A DNA stretch of 64,000 nucleotides from Eledone cirrhosa. Lineage: Eukaryota. The translations under genes and the position numbers were made by a program. Below are positions 1 through 14,035 of this stretch, piece by piece; the stretch's first letter is position 1, and every line of letters begins with the position of its first letter. The stretch is taken from assembly GCA_964016885.1 (NCBI GenBank), contig OZ024741.1, positions 8,866,001 through 8,930,000 of the forward strand, read 5' to 3'. A model generated the notes under the pieces. That model did no database searches. It was given only the letters and a program-made list of their open reading frames with translations, and had not been told where the DNA came from.

Positions 1-3000
1 CCCTCTGTCTTCCAGCCTCTCTGTCTTCCAGCCTCTCTGTCTTCCAGCCACTCTGTCTTCCAGCCACACTGTCTTCCAGCGACTCTGTCTTCCAGCCTCT
101 CTGTCTTCCTGTCTCTCTGTCTCTATATCAGTCTGTCTTCCAGCCACTCTGTCTGTATATCAGTCTGTCTTCCAGCCACTCTGTCTGTATATCAGTCTGT
201 CTTCTAGCCACACTGTCTTCCAGCCACTCTGTCTTCCAGCCTCTCTCTCTTCCAGCCTCTCTGTCTTCCAGCCACTCTCTCTTCCATCCTCTCTGTCTTC
301 CAGCCACTCTGTCTTCCAGCCACTCTGTCTTCCAGCTACTCTGTCTGTATATCAGTCTGTCTTCCAGCCTCTCTTCCTTCCAGCCTCTCTGTCTGTATAT
401 CAGTCTGTCTTCCTGCCTCACTGCCATCCAAACGTTCTGTCTTCCAGACTCTCTGTCTTCTAGCCTCCCTGTCTTCCAGCCACTCTGTCTGTATATCAGA
501 ATGTCTTCCAGCCTCTCTGTCTTCCAGCCACTCGGTCTTCCAGCCCCTATGTCTGTATATCAGTCTCTCTTCCAACCTCTTTGTCTTCCAGCCACTCTCT
601 CCTCCAGCCTCTCTGTCTTCCAACCACTCTGTCTGTATATCAGTCTGTCTTCCAGCCTCTCTGTCTGTATATCAGTCTGTCTTCTAGCTTTTCTGTCTTC
701 CAGCCACTCTGTGTTCCAGCCACTCTGTCTGTATATCAGTCTGTCTTCCAGCCTCTCTGTCTTCCAGCCTCTCTGTCTGTATATCAGTCTATCTTCCTGC
801 CTCACTGTCTTCCAAACATTCTGTCTTCCAGGCTCTCTGTCTTCTAGCCTCCCTATCTTCCAGCCACTCTGTCTGTATATCAGAATGTCTTCCAGCCTCT
901 CTGTCTTCCAGCCACTCGGTCTTCCAGCCCCTCTGTCTGTATATCAGTCTCTCTTTCAGCCACACTGTCTTCCAGCCACTCTGTCTTCCAGCCATTCTCT
1001 CTTCCAACCTCTTTGTCTTCCAGCCACTCTCTCCTCCAGCCTCTCTGTCTTCCAGCCACTCTCTCTGTATATCAGTCTGTCTTCCAGCCTCTCTGTCTTC
1101 CAGACTCTCTGTCTGTATATCAGTCTGTCTTCCTGGCACTCTGTCTTCCAGCCACTCTCTCTGTATATCAGTCAGTCTTCCAGCCTCTCTGTCTTCCAGA
1201 CTCTCTGTCTGTATATCAGTCTGACTTCCAGCCTCTCTGTCTTCCAGCCACTCTGTCTTCCAGCCACCCTGTCTTCCAAGCAGTCTGTCTTCCAGTCACT
1301 CTGTCTTCCAGCCTCTCTGTCTTCCAGTCACTCTGTCTTCTAGCCTCTCTGTCTTCCAGCCTCTCTGTCTTCCAGCCACTCTGTCTTCCAGCCACTCTGT
1401 CTTCCAGCCACTCTGTCTGTATATCAGTCTGTCTTCCAACCTCTCTGTCTGTATATCAGTCTGTCTTGCAGCCTCTCTGTCTTCCAGCCATTCTGTCTTC
1501 CAACCACTCTGTCTTCCAGCCAGTCTGTCATCCAGCCACTCGGTCTTCCAGCCTCTCTGTCTTCCAGCCTCTCTGTCTACCCGCCTCTCTCTCTTTCAGC
1601 CACTCTGTCTTTATATTAGTCTGTCTTCGAGCCTCTCTGTCTTCCAGCCACTCTCTCTTCCAATCACTCTGTCTGTATATCAGACTGTCTTCCAGCCTCT
1701 CTGTCTTCCAGCCTCTCTGACTTCCAGCCTCTCTGTATTCCAGCCTCTCTGTCTTCCAGCCTCACTGTATTCCAGCCTCTCTGTCTTCCAGCCTCTCTGT
1801 CTGTATATCAGTCTCTCTTCCAGCCTCTCTGTCTTCCAGCCACTCTGTCTTCCAGCCACTCTGTCTGTATATCAGACTGTCTTCCAGCCTCTCTCTCTGT
1901 ATATCAGTCTGTCTTCCAGCCTCTCTGTCTTCCAGCCTCTCTGTCTTCCAGTCTCTCTGTCTTCTAGCCACTCTGTCTTCCAGCCTCTCTGTCTTCCAGT
2001 CTCTCTGTCTGTATATCAGTCTGTCTTCCAGCCACTCTGTCTTCCAGTTTCTCTGTCTGTATAACGGTCTGTCTTCCAACCACTCTGTCTTCCAGACGCA
2101 CTGTCTTCCAGCCTCTCTATCTTCCAGCCACTCTGTCTTCCAGCCACTCTGTCTGTATATCAGTCTGTCTTCCAGCCACTCTGTCTTACAGCCACTCTGT
2201 CTGTTTATCCGTCTGTCTTCTAGCCTCTCTGTCTTCCAGCCTCTCTGTCTGTATATCAGTCTGTCTTCCAGCCTCTCTGTCTTCCAGCCACTCTGTGTTC
2301 CAGCCAATCTGTCTGTATATCAGTCTGTCTTCCAGCCTCTCTCTCTGTATATCAGTCTGTCTTCCAGCCTCTCTGTCTTCCAGCCCCTCTGTCTTCCAGC
2401 CTCTCTGTCTTCCAGCCTCTCTGTCTTCCAGCCACTCTGTCTTCCAGCCACACTGTCTTCCAGCGACTCTGTCTTCCAGCCTCTCTGTCTTCCTGTCTCT
2501 CTGTCTCTATATCAGTCTGTCTTCCAGCAACTCTGTCTGTATATCAGTCTGTCTTCCAGCCACTCTGTCTTCCAGCCACTCTCTCTTCCAGCCTCTCTGT
2601 CTTCCAGCCACTCTCTCTTCCAGCCTCTCTGTCTTCCAGCCACTCTGTCTTCCAGCCACTCTGTCTTCCAGCTACTCTGTCTGTATATCAGTCTGTCTTC
2701 CAGCCTCTCTGTCTTCCAGCCTCTCTGTCTGTATATCAGTCTGTCTTCCAGCCTCACTGTCTTCCAGCCATTCTGTCTTCCAGACTCTCTGTCTTCCAGC
2801 CTCCCTGTTTTCCAGCCAATCTGTCTGTATATCAGACTGTATTCCAGCCTCTCTGTCTTCCAGCCACTCTGTCTTCCAGCCACTCTGTCTTCCAGCCTCT
2901 CTGTCTGTATATCAGTCTGTCTTCCAGCCACACTGTCTTCCAGCCACTCTGTCTTCCAGCCATTCTCTCTTCCAGCCTCTCTGTCTTCCAGCCACTCTCT

Positions 3001-6000
3001 CCTCCAGCCTCTCTGTCTTCCAACCACTCTTTCTGTATATCAGTCTGTCTTCCAACCTCTCTGTCTTCCAGCCTCTCTGTCTTCCAGCTACTCTGTCTTC
3101 CAGCCACTCTGTCTGTATATCAGTCTGTCTTCCTGCCCCTCGGTCTTCCAGCCACTCTCTCTGTATATCAGTCTGTCCTCCAGCCTCTCTGTTTTCCAGA
3201 CTCTCTGTCTGTATATCGGTCTGTCTTCCAGCCTATCTGTCTTCCAGCCACTCTGTCTTTCAGCCACCCTGTCTTCCAAGCAGTCTGTCTTCCAGCCACT
3301 CTGTTTTCCAGCCTCTCTGTCTTCCAGCCACTCTGTCTTCCAGCCACTCTGTCTGTATATCAGTCTGTCTTCCAACCTCTCTGTCTGTATATCAGTCTGT
3401 CTTCCAGCCCCTCTGTCTGTATATCAGTCTGTCTTCCAGCCACACTGTCTTCCAGCCACTGTGTCTTCCAGCCATTCTCTCTTCCAGCCTCTCTGTCTTC
3501 CAACCACTCTGTCTGTATATCAGTCTGTCTTCCAACCTCTCTGTCTTCCAGCCTCTCTGTCTTCCAGCCTCTCTGTCTGTATATCAGTCTGTCTTCCACC
3601 CTCTCTGTCTTCCAGCCACTCTGTCTTCCGGCCAGTCTGTCATCTAGCCACTCTGTCTTCCAAACTCTCTGTCTTCCAGACACTCTGTCTTCCAGCCTTT
3701 CTGTCTTCCAGCCACACTGTCTGTATATCAGATTGTCTTCCAGCCTATCTGACTTCCAGGCTCTCTGTCTTCCAGCCACTCTGTCTTCCAGCCATTCTGT
3801 CTGTATATCAGACTGTCTTCCAGCCTCTCTGTCTACCAGCCTCTCTGTCTTCCAGCTTCTCTGTCTTCCATCCACTCTGTCTGTATATCAGTCTGTCTTC
3901 CAGCCTCTCTGTCTTCCAGCCACTATGTCTCCCAGCCACTCTGTCTGTATATCAGTCTGTCTTCCAGCCTCTCTGTCTTCCAGCCACTCTGTCTTCTAGC
4001 CTCCCTGTCTTCCAGCCTCTCTGTCTTCCAGTCACTCTGTCTTCCAGCCACTCTCTCTTCCAGACTCTCTGTCTTCCAGCCACTCTCTCTTCCAGCCTCT
4101 CTGTCTTCCACCACTCTGTCTTCCAGCCGCTCTGTCTTCCAGCCACTCTGTCTGTATATCAGTCTGTCTTCCAGCCTCTCTGTCTGTATATCAGTCTGTC
4201 TTCTAGCCTCTCTGTCTTCCAGCCACACTGTGTTCCTGCCACTCTGTCTTCCAGCCTCTCTGTCTGTATATCAGTCTGTCTTCCTGCCTCACTGTCTTCC
4301 AAACATTCTGTCTTCCAGACTCTCTGTCTTCTAGCCTCCCTGTCTTCCAGCCACTCTGTCTGTATATCAGAATGTCTTCCAGCCACTCGGTCTTCCAGCC
4401 CCTCTGTCTGTATATCAGTCTCTCTTTCAGCCACACTGTCTTCCAGCCACACTGTCTTCCAGCCATTCTCTCTTCCAACCTCTTTGTCTTCCAGCCACTC
4501 TCTCCTCCAGCCTCTCTGTCTTCCAACCACTCTGTCTGTATATCAGTCTGTTTTCCAGCCTCTCTGTCTTCCAGCCTCTCTGTCTTCCAGCCTCTCTGTC
4601 TTCCAGCCACTCTCTCTGTATATCAGTCTGACTTCCAGCCTCTCTGTCTTCCAGACTCTCTGTCTGTATATCAGTCTGTCTTACTGCCACTCTGTCCTCC
4701 AGCCACTCTCTCTGTATATCAGTCTGTCTTCCATCCTCTCTTTCTTCCAGACTCTCTGTCTGTATATCAGTCTGTCTTCCAGCCTCTCTGTCTTCCAGCC
4801 ACTCTGTCTTCTAGCCACCCTCTCTTCCAAGCAGTCTGTCTTCCAGTCACTCTGTCTTCCAGCCTCTCTGTCTTCCAGCCACTCTGTCTTCTAGCCTCTC
4901 TGTCTTCCAGCCTCTCTGTCTTCCAGCCGCTTTGTCTTCCAGCCACTCTGTCTTCCAGCCACTCTGTCTTCCAGCCACTCTGTCTGTATATCAGTCTGTC
5001 TTCCAACCTCTCTGTCTGTATATCAGTCTGTCTTGCAGCCTCTCTGTCTTCCAGCCATTCTGTCTTCCAGCCACTCTGTCTTCCAGCCAGTCTGTCATCC
5101 AGCCACTCGGTCTTCCAGCCTCTCTGTCTTCCAGCCTCTCTGTCTTCCCGCCTCTCTGACTTTCAGCCACTCTGTCTGTATATCAGACTGTCTTCCAGCC
5201 TCTCTGTCTTCCAGCCTCTCTGACTTCCAGCCTCTCTGTATTCCAGCCTCTCTGTCTTCCAGCCTCTCTGTATTCCAGCCTCTCTGTCTTCCAGCCTTTC
5301 TGTCTGTATATCAGTCTCTCTTCCAGCCTCTCTGTCTTCCAGCCACTCTGTCTTCCAGCCACTCTGTCTGTATATCAGTCTGTCTTCCAGCATCTCTGTC
5401 TGTATATCAGTCTGTCTTCCAGCCTCTCTGTCTTCCAGCCTCTCTGTCTTCCAGTCTCTCTGTCTTCTAGCCACTCTGTCTTCCAGCCTCTCTGTCTTCC
5501 AGTCTCTCTGTCTGTATATCAGTCTGTCTTCCAGCCACTCTGTCTTCCAGTTTCTCTGTCTGTATATCGGTCTGTCTTCCAACCACTCTGTCTTCCAACC
5601 GCACTGTCTTCCAGCCTCTCCATCTTCCAGCCACTCTGTCTTCCAGCCACTCTGTCTATATATCAGTCTGTCTTCCAGCCACTCTGTCTTACAGTCACTC
5701 TGTCTGTTTATCCGTCTGTCTTCTAGCCTCTCTGTCTTCCAGCCTCTCTGTCTGTATATCAGTCTGTCTTCCAGCCTCTCTGTCTTCCAACCACTCTGTG
5801 TTCCAGCCAATCTGTCTGTATATCATTCTGTCTTCCAGCCTCTCTGTCTGTATATCAGTCTGTCTTCCAGCCTCTCTGTCTTCCAGCCCCTCTGTCTTCC
5901 AGCCTCTCTGTCTTCCAGCCTCTCTGTCTTCCAGCCACTCTGTCTTCCAGCCACACTGTCTTCCAGCGACTCTGTCTTCCAGCCTCTCTGTCTTCCTGTC

Positions 6001-9000
6001 TCTCTGTCTCTATATCAGTCTGTCTTCCAGCCACTCTGTCTGTATATCAGTCTGTCTTCCAGCCACTCTGTCTGTATATCAGTCTGTCTTCTAGCCACAC
6101 TGTCTTCCAGCCACTCTGTCTTCCAGCCTCTCTCTCTTCCAGCCTCTCTGTCTTCCAGCCACTCTCTCTTCCATCCTCTCTGTCTTCCAGCCACTCTGTC
6201 TTCCAGCCACTCTGTCTTCCAGCTACTCTGTCTGTATATCAGTCTGTCTTCCAGCCTCTCTTCCTTCCAGCCTCTCTGTCTGTATATCAGTCTGTCTTCC
6301 TGCCTCACTGCCATCCAAACGTTCTGTCTTCCAGACTCTCTGTCTTCTAGCCTCCCTGTCTTCCAGCCACTCTGTCTGTATATCAGAATGTCTTCCAGCC
6401 TCTCTGTCTTCCAGCCACTCGGTCTTCCAGCCCCTATGTCTGTATATCAGTCTCTCTTCCAACCTCTTTGTCTTCCAGCCACTCTCTCCTCCAGCCTCTC
6501 TGTCTTCCAACCACTCTGTCTGTATATCAGTCTGTCTTCCAGCCTCTCTGTCTGTATATCAGTCTGTCTTCTAGCTTTTCTGTCTTCCAGCCACTCTGTG
6601 TTCCAGCCACTCTGTCTGTATATCAGTCTGTCTTCCAGCCTCTCTGTCTTCCAGCCTCTCTGTCTGTATATCAGTCTATCTTCCTGCCTCACTGTCTTCC
6701 AAACATTCTGTCTTCCAGGCTCTCTGTCTTCTAGCCTCCCTATCTTCCAGCCACTCTGTCTGTATATCAGAATGTCTTCCAGCCTCTCTGTCTTCCAGCC
6801 ACTCGGTCTTCCAGCCCCTCTGTCTGTATATCAGTCTCTCTTTCAGCCACACTGTCTTCCAGCCACTCTGTCTTCCAGCCATTCTCTCTTCCAACCTCTT
6901 TGTCTTCCAGCCACTCTCTCCTCCAGCCTCTCTGTCTTCCAGCCACTCTCTCTGTATATCAGTCTGTCTTCCAGCCTCTCTGTCTTCCAGACTCTCTGTC
7001 TGTATATCAGTCTGTCTTCCTGGCACTCTGTCTTCCAGCCACTCTCTCTGTATATCAGTCAGTCTTCCAGCCTCTCTGTCTTCCAGACTCTCTGTCTGTA
7101 TATCAGTCTGACTTCCAGCCTCTCTGTCTTCCAGCCACTCTGTCTTCCAGCCACCCTGTCTTCCAAGCAGTCTGTCTTCCAGTCACTCTGTCTTCCAGCC
7201 TCTCTGTCTTCCAGTCACTCTGTCTTCTAGCCTCTCTGTCTTCCAGCCTCTCTGTCTTCCAGCCACTCTGTCTTCCAGCCACTCTGTCTTCCAGCCACTC
7301 TGTCTGTATATCAGTCTGTCTTCCAACCTCTCTGTCTGTATATCAGTCTGTCTTGCAGCCTCTCTGTCTTCCAGCCATTCTGTCTTCCAACCACTCTGTC
7401 TTCCAGCCAGTCTGTCATCCAGCCACTCGGTCTTCCAGCCTCTCTGTCTTCCAGCCTCTCTGTCTACCCGCCTCTCTCTCTTTCAGCCACTCTGTCTTTA
7501 TATTAGTCTGTCTTCGAGCCTCTCTGTCTTCCAGCCACTCTCTCTTCCAATCACTCTGTCTGTATATCAGACTGTCTTCCAGCCTCTCTGTCTTCCAGCC
7601 TCTCTGACTTCCAGCCTCTCTGTATTCCAGCCTCTCTGTCTTCCAGCCTCACTGTATTCCAGCCTCTCTGTCTTCCAGCCTCTCTGTCTGTATATCAGTC
7701 TCTCTTCCAGCCTCTCTGTCTTCCAGCCACTCTGTCTTCCAGCCACTCTGTCTGTATATCAGACTGTCTTCCAGCCTCTCTCTCTGTATATCAGTCTGTC
7801 TTCCAGCCTCTCTGTCTTCCAGCCTCTCTGTCTTCCAGTCTCTCTGTCTTCTAGCCACTCTGTCTTCCAGCCTCTCTGTCTTCCAGTCTCTCTGTCTGTA
7901 TATCAGTCTGTCTTCCAGCCACTCTGTCTTCCAGTTTCTCTGTCTGTATAACGGTCTGTCTTCCAACCACTCTGTCTTCCAGACGCACTGTCTTCCAGCC
8001 TCTCTATCTTCCAGCCACTCTGTCTTCCAGCCACTCTGTCTGTATATCAGTCTGTCTTCCAGCCACTCTGTCTTACAGCCACTCTGTCTGTTTATCCGTC
8101 TGTCTTCTAGCCTCTCTGTCTTCCAGCCTCTCTGTCTGTATATCAGTCTGTCTTCCAGCCTCTCTGTCTTCCAGCCACTCTGTGTTCCAGCCAATCTGTC
8201 TGTATATCAGTCTGTCTTCCAGCCTCTCTCTCTGTATATCAGTCTGTCTTCCAGCCTCTCTGTCTTCCAGCCCCTCTGTCTTCCAGCCTCTCTGTCTTCC
8301 AGCCTCTCTGTCTTCCAGCCACTCTGTCTTCCAGCCACACTGTCTTCCAGCGACTCTGTCTTCCAGCCTCTCTGTCTTCCTGTCTCTCTGTCTCTATATC
8401 AGTCTGTCTTCCAGCAACTCTGTCTGTATATCAGTCTGTCTTCCAGCCACTCTGTCTTCCAGCCACTCTCTCTTCCAGCCTCTCTGTCTTCCAGCCACTC
8501 TCTCTTCCAGCCTCTCTGTCTTCCAGCCACTCTGTCTTCCAGCCACTCTGTCTTCCAGCTACTCTGTCTGTATATCAGTCTGTCTTCCAGCCTCTCTGTC
8601 TTCCAGCCTCTCTGTCTGTATATCAGTCTGTCTTCCAGCCTCACTGTCTTCCAGCCATTCTGTCTTCCAGACTCTCTGTCTTCCAGCCTCCCTGTTTTCC
8701 AGCCAATCTGTCTGTATATCAGACTGTATTCCAGCCTCTCTGTCTTCCAGCCACTCTGTCTTCCAGCCACTCTGTCTTCCAGCCTCTCTGTCTGTATATC
8801 AGTCTGTCTTCCAGCCACACTGTCTTCCAGCCACTCTGTCTTCCAGCCATTCTCTCTTCCAGCCTCTCTGTCTTCCAGCCACTCTCTCCTCCAGCCTCTC
8901 TGTCTTCCAACCACTCTTTCTGTATATCAGTCTGTCTTCCAACCTCTCTGTCTTCCAGCCTCTCTGTCTTCCAGCTACTCTGTCTTCCAGCCACTCTGTC

Positions 9001-12000
9001 TGTATATCAGTCTGTCTTCCTGCCCCTCGGTCTTCCAGCCACTCTCTCTGTATATCAGTCTGTCCTCCAGCCTCTCTGTTTTCCAGACTCTCTGTCTGTA
9101 TATCGGTCTGTCTTCCAGCCTATCTGTCTTCCAGCCACTCTGTCTTTCAGCCACCCTGTCTTCCAAGCAGTCTGTCTTCCAGCCACTCTGTTTTCCAGCC
9201 TCTCTGTCTTCCAGCCACTCTGTCTTCCAGCCACTCTGTCTGTATATCAGTCTGTCTTCCAACCTCTCTGTCTGTATATCAGTCTGTCTTCCAGCCCCTC
9301 TGTCTGTATATCAGTCTGTCTTCCAGCCACACTGTCTTCCAGCCACTGTGTCTTCCAGCCATTCTCTCTTCCAGCCTCTCTGTCTTCCAACCACTCTGTC
9401 TGTATATCAGTCTGTCTTCCAACCTCTCTGTCTTCCAGCCTCTCTGTCTTCCAGCCACTCTGTCTTCCAGCCACTCTGTCTGTATATCAGTCTGTCTTCC
9501 TGCCCCTCGGTCTTCCAGCCACTCTCTCTGTATATCAGTCTGTCCTCCGGCCTCTCTGTTTTCCAGACTCTCTGTCTGTATATCAGTCTGTCTTCCAGCC
9601 TCTCTGTCTTCCAGCCACTCTGTCTTCCAGCCACCCTGTCTTCCAAGCAGTCTGTCTTCCAGCCACTCTGTCTTCCAGCTTCTCTGTCTTCCATCCACTC
9701 TGTCTTCCAGCCACTCTGTCTGTATATCAGTCTGTCTTCCAACCTCTCTGACTGTATATCAGTCTGTCTTGCAGCCTCTCTGTCTTCCAGCCATTCTGTC
9801 TTCCAGCCACTCTGTCTTCCAGCCAGTCTGTCATCCAGACACTCTGTCTACCAGCCTCTCTGTCTTCCAGCCACTCTGTCTTCCAGCCTCTCTGTCTTCC
9901 AGCCTCTCTGCCTTCCAGCCACACAGTCTGTATATCAGACTGTCTTCCAGCCCCTCTGTCTTCCAGCCTCTCTGTATTCCAGCCACTCTGTCTTCCAGCC
10001 ACTCTGTCTTCCAGCCGGTCTGTCATCCGGCCACTCTGCCTTCCAGCCTCTCTGTCTTCCAGCCACTCTGTCTTCCAGACTTTCTGTCTTCCAGCCACAC
10101 TGTCTGTATATCAGACTGTCTTCCAGCCTATCTGTCTTCCAGCCTCTCTGTCTTCCAGCCACTCTGTCTGTATATCACACTGTCTTCCAGCCTCTCTGTC
10201 TACCAGCCTCTCTGTCTTACCAGCTTCTCTGTCTTCCAGACTCTCTGTCTGTATATCAGTCTGTCTTCCAGCCTCTCTGTCTTTCAACCACTCTCTCTTC
10301 CAGCCTCTCTGTCTTCCAGCCACTCTGTCTTCCAGCCACTCTGTCATTCAGCCACTCTGTCTGTATATCAGTCTGTCTTCCAGCCTCTCTGTCTTCCAGC
10401 CACTCTGTCTTCCAGCCACTCTCTCTTCCAGCCTCTCTGTATTCCAACCTCTCTGTCTTCCAGCCACTCTGACTGTATATTGGTCTGTCTCCGAACCTCT
10501 CTGTCTTCCAGCCACTCTGTCTTCCAGCCACTCTGTCTGTATACCAGTCTGTCTTCCAGCCTCTCTGTCTGTATATCAGTCTGTCTTCCAGCCTCTCTGT
10601 CTTCCAGCCACTCTGTCTTCCAGCCACTCTGTCTGTATATCAGTCTGTCTTCCAACCTCTCTGTCTTCCAGCCACTCTGTCTTCTAGCCTCCCTGTCATC
10701 CAGCCTCTCTTTCTTCCAGTCACTCTGTCTTCCAGCCACTCTCTTCCAGCCTCTCTGTATTCCAGCCTCTCTGTCTTCCAGCCACTCTGACTGTATATTG
10801 GTCTGTCTCCGAACCTCTCTGTCTTCCAGCCACTCTGTCTTCCAGCCACTCTGTCTGTATATCAGTCTGTCTTCCAGCCTCTCTGTCTGTATATCAGTCT
10901 GTCTTCCAGCCTCTCTGTCTTCCAGCCTCTCTGTCTTCCAGCCTCTCTGTCTTCCAGCCTCTCTGTCTGTATATCAGTCTCTCTTCCAGCCTCTCTGTCT
11001 TCCAGCCACTCTGTCTTCCAGCCACTCTGTCTGTATATCAGACTGTCTTCCAGCCTCTCTCTCTGTATATCAGTCTGTCTTCCAGCCTCTCTGTCTTCCA
11101 GCCTCTCTGTCTTCCAGTCTCTCTGTCTTCTAGCCACTCTGTCTTCCAGCCTCTCTGTCTTCCAGTCTCTCTGTCTGTATATCAGTCTGTCTTCCAGCCA
11201 CTCTGTCTTCCAGTTTCTCTGTCTGTATAACGGTCTGTCTTCCAACCACTCTGTCTTCCAGACGCACTGTCTTCCAGCCTCTCTATCTTCCAGCCACTCT
11301 GTCTTCCAGCCACTCTGTCTGTATATCAGTCTGTCTTCCAGCCACTCTGTCTGTTTATCCGTCTGTCTTCTAGCCTCTCTGTCTTCCAGCCTCTCTGTCT
11401 GTATATCAGTCTGTCTTCCAGCCTCTCTGTCTTCCAGCCACTCTGTGTTCCAGCCAATCTGTCTGTATATCAGTCTGTCTTCCAGCCTCTCTCTCTGTAT
11501 ATCAGTCTGTCTTCCAGCCTCTCTGTCTTCCAGCCCCTCTGTCTTACAGCCTCTCTGTCTTCCAGCCTCTCTGTCTTCCAGCCACTCTGTCTTCCAGCCA
11601 CACTGTCTTCCAGCGACTCTGTCTTCCAGCCTCTCTGTCTTCCTGTCTCTCTGTCTCTATATCAGTCTGTCTTCCAGCCACTCTGTCTGTATATCAGTCT
11701 GTCTTCCAGCCACTCTGTCTTCCAGCCACTCTCTCTTCCAGCCTCTCTGTCTTCCAGCCACTCTCTCTTCCAGCCTCTCTGTCTTCCAGCCACTCTGTCT
11801 TCCAGCCACTCTGTCTTCCAGCTACTCTGTCTGTATATCAGTCTGTCTTCCAGCCTCTCTGTCTTCCAGCCTCTCTGTCTGTATATCAGTCTGTCTTCCA
11901 GCCTTACTGTCTTCCAGCCATTCTGTCTTCCAGACTCTCTGTCTTCCAGCCTCCCTGTTTTCCAGCCAATCTGTCTGTATATCAGACTGTATTCCAGCCT

Positions 12001-13778
12001 CTCTGTCTTCCAGCCACTCTGTCTTCCAGCCACTCTGTCTTCCAGCCTCTCTGTCTGTATATCAGTCTGTCTTCCAGCCACACTGTCTTCCAGCCACTCT
12101 GTCTTCCAGCCATTCTCTCTTCCAGCCTCTCTGTCTTCCAGCCACTCTCTCCTCCAGCCTCTCTGTCTTCCAACCACTCTTTCTGTATATCAGTCTGTCT
12201 TCCAACCTCTCTGTCTTCCAGCCTCTCTGTCTTCCAGCTACTCTGTCTTCCAGCCACTCTGTCTGTATATCAGTCTGTCTTCCTGCCCCTCGGTCTTCCA
12301 GCCACTCTCTCTGTATATCAGTCTGTCCTCCAGCCTCTCTGTTTTCCAGACTCTCTGTCTGTATATCAGTCTGTCTTCCAGCCTATCTGTCTTCCAGCCA
12401 CTCTGTCTTTCAGCCACCCTGTCTTCCAAGCAGTCTGTCTTCCAGCCACTCTGTCTTCCAGCCTCTCTGTCTTCCAGCCACTCTGTCTTCCAGCCACTCT
12501 GTCTTCCAGCCACTCTGTCTGTATATCAGTCTGTCTTCCAACCTCTCTGTCTGTATATCAGTCTGTCTTGCAGCCTCTCTGTCTTCCAGCCATTCTGTCT
12601 TCCAGCCACTCTGTATTCCAGCCAGTCTGTCATCCAGCCATTCTGTCTTCCAGCCTCTCTGTGTTCCAGCCACTCTGTCTTCCAGCCTCTCTGTCTTTCA
12701 GCCACTCTGTCCTCCAACCTCTCTGTCTTCCAGCCACTCTCTCTTCCAGCCTCTCTGTCTTCCAGCCTCTCTGCCTTCCTGCCACACAGTCTGTATATCA
12801 GACTGTCTTCCAGCCCCTCTGTCTTCCAGCCTCTCTGTATTCCAGCCACTCTGTCTTCCAGCCACTCTGTCTTCCAGCCGGTCTGTCATCCAGCCACTCT
12901 GTCTTCCAGCGTCTCTGTCTTCCAGCCACTCTGTCTTCCAGCCTCCCTGTCTTCCAGCCACTCTGTCTTCCAGCCTCTCTGTCTTCCCGTCTCTCTGTCT
13001 GTATATCAGTCTGTCTTCCAGCCTTTCTGTCTTCCAGCCACTCTCTCTTCCAGCCTCTCTGTCTTCCAGCCACTCTGTCTGTATATCAGTCTGTCTTCCA
13101 GCCTCTCTGTCTTCCAGCCTCTCTGTCTTCCAGCCTCTCTGTCTTCCAGCCTCTCTGTCTTCCAGCCTCTCTCTCTTCCAGCCTCCCTGTCCGTATATCA
13201 GTCTGTCTTCCAGCCTCTTTGTCTTCCAGCCACTCTGTCTTCCAGCCTCTCTGTCCGTATATCAGTCTGTCTTCCAGCCTCTTTGTCTTCCAGCCACTCT
13301 GTCTTCCAGCCACTCTGTCTGTATATCAGTCTGTTTTCCAGCCTCTCTGTCTTCCAGTCACTCTGTCTTCCAGCCTCTCTGTCTTCCAGCCTCTCTGTCT
13401 TCCAGCCACTCTGTATGTATATCAGACTGTCTTCCAGCCTCTCTGTCTTCCAGCCTCTCTATCTTCCAGCCACTCTGTCTGTATATCAGTCTGACTTTCA
13501 ACCACTCTGTCTTCCAGCCACTCTGTCTGTATATCAGTCTCTCTTCCAGCCTCTCTGTCTTCCAGCCTCTCTGTCTGTATATCAGTCTGTCTTCCAGCCT
13601 CTCTGTTTTCCAGCCACACTTTCTTCCATCCACTCTGTCTTCCAGCCAGTCTGTCTTCCAGAAACTCTGTCTTCCCGCCTCTCTGTCTTCCCGCCTCTCT
13701 GTCTTCCAGCCACTCTGTCTTCCAGCCTCTCTGTCTTCCAGCCACTCTGTCTTCCAGCCTCTCTGTCTTCCAGCCACT
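1..13778. repeat. Satellite array, 16-bp monomer CCAGCC(T/A)CTCTGTCTT with interspersed variant monomer TATATCAGTCTGTCTT; kilobase higher-order duplications; runs off the left edge
   Basis: Continuous 16-bp periodicity read directly; identical ORF translations recur at +5887 (128/6015, 501/6388, 2295/8182) and similar ones at +9150 (2295/11445). Confidence 0.97.
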
Positions 13779-13780
13779 AT

Positions 13781-14004
13781 GGTGTTTGGAAGGGAAGTCG
13801 ATAGTTACAGTTATACTCTGGTGTATGGAATTAGCTATCTGCTGGGTGCTTTCCATCGTGCTACGTTCGAAATCAAACTTGTTAGTGCTCTCTAGTGGGG
13901 GTGTTCTTATAACTATATTGATATCGTCTACATAACGAGAGTACATGATGAGGTCTATGGAGGTCTCATTAAGGAGATCTTTAAGTCTTCTTTCCCACCA
14001 TACC
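13781..14004 (-). mobile_element. Inverted RT fragment of PLE family A (left arm of a doublet, cut off by the satellite)
   Basis: Minus strand reads MYSRYVDDINIVIRTPPLESTNKFDFERSTMESTQQIANSIHQSITVTIDFPSKH, the reverse complement of about 14260-14483. Confidence 0.92.
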
Positions 14005-14035
14005 TATAAGAGGTAGACCCCCCACCATAACCTCA

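Noticed and set aside
1-13778. CRISPR-like regular repeat
   Set aside because: No unique spacers, no cas genes, eukaryotic context
128-13895. Long ORFs up to 983 aa (SSSLSVFQPLCLPA / KTERLEDREAGRQ)
   Set aside because: Translations of a largely stop-free 16-bp satellite, open in several frames on both strands; the unit length is not a multiple of three
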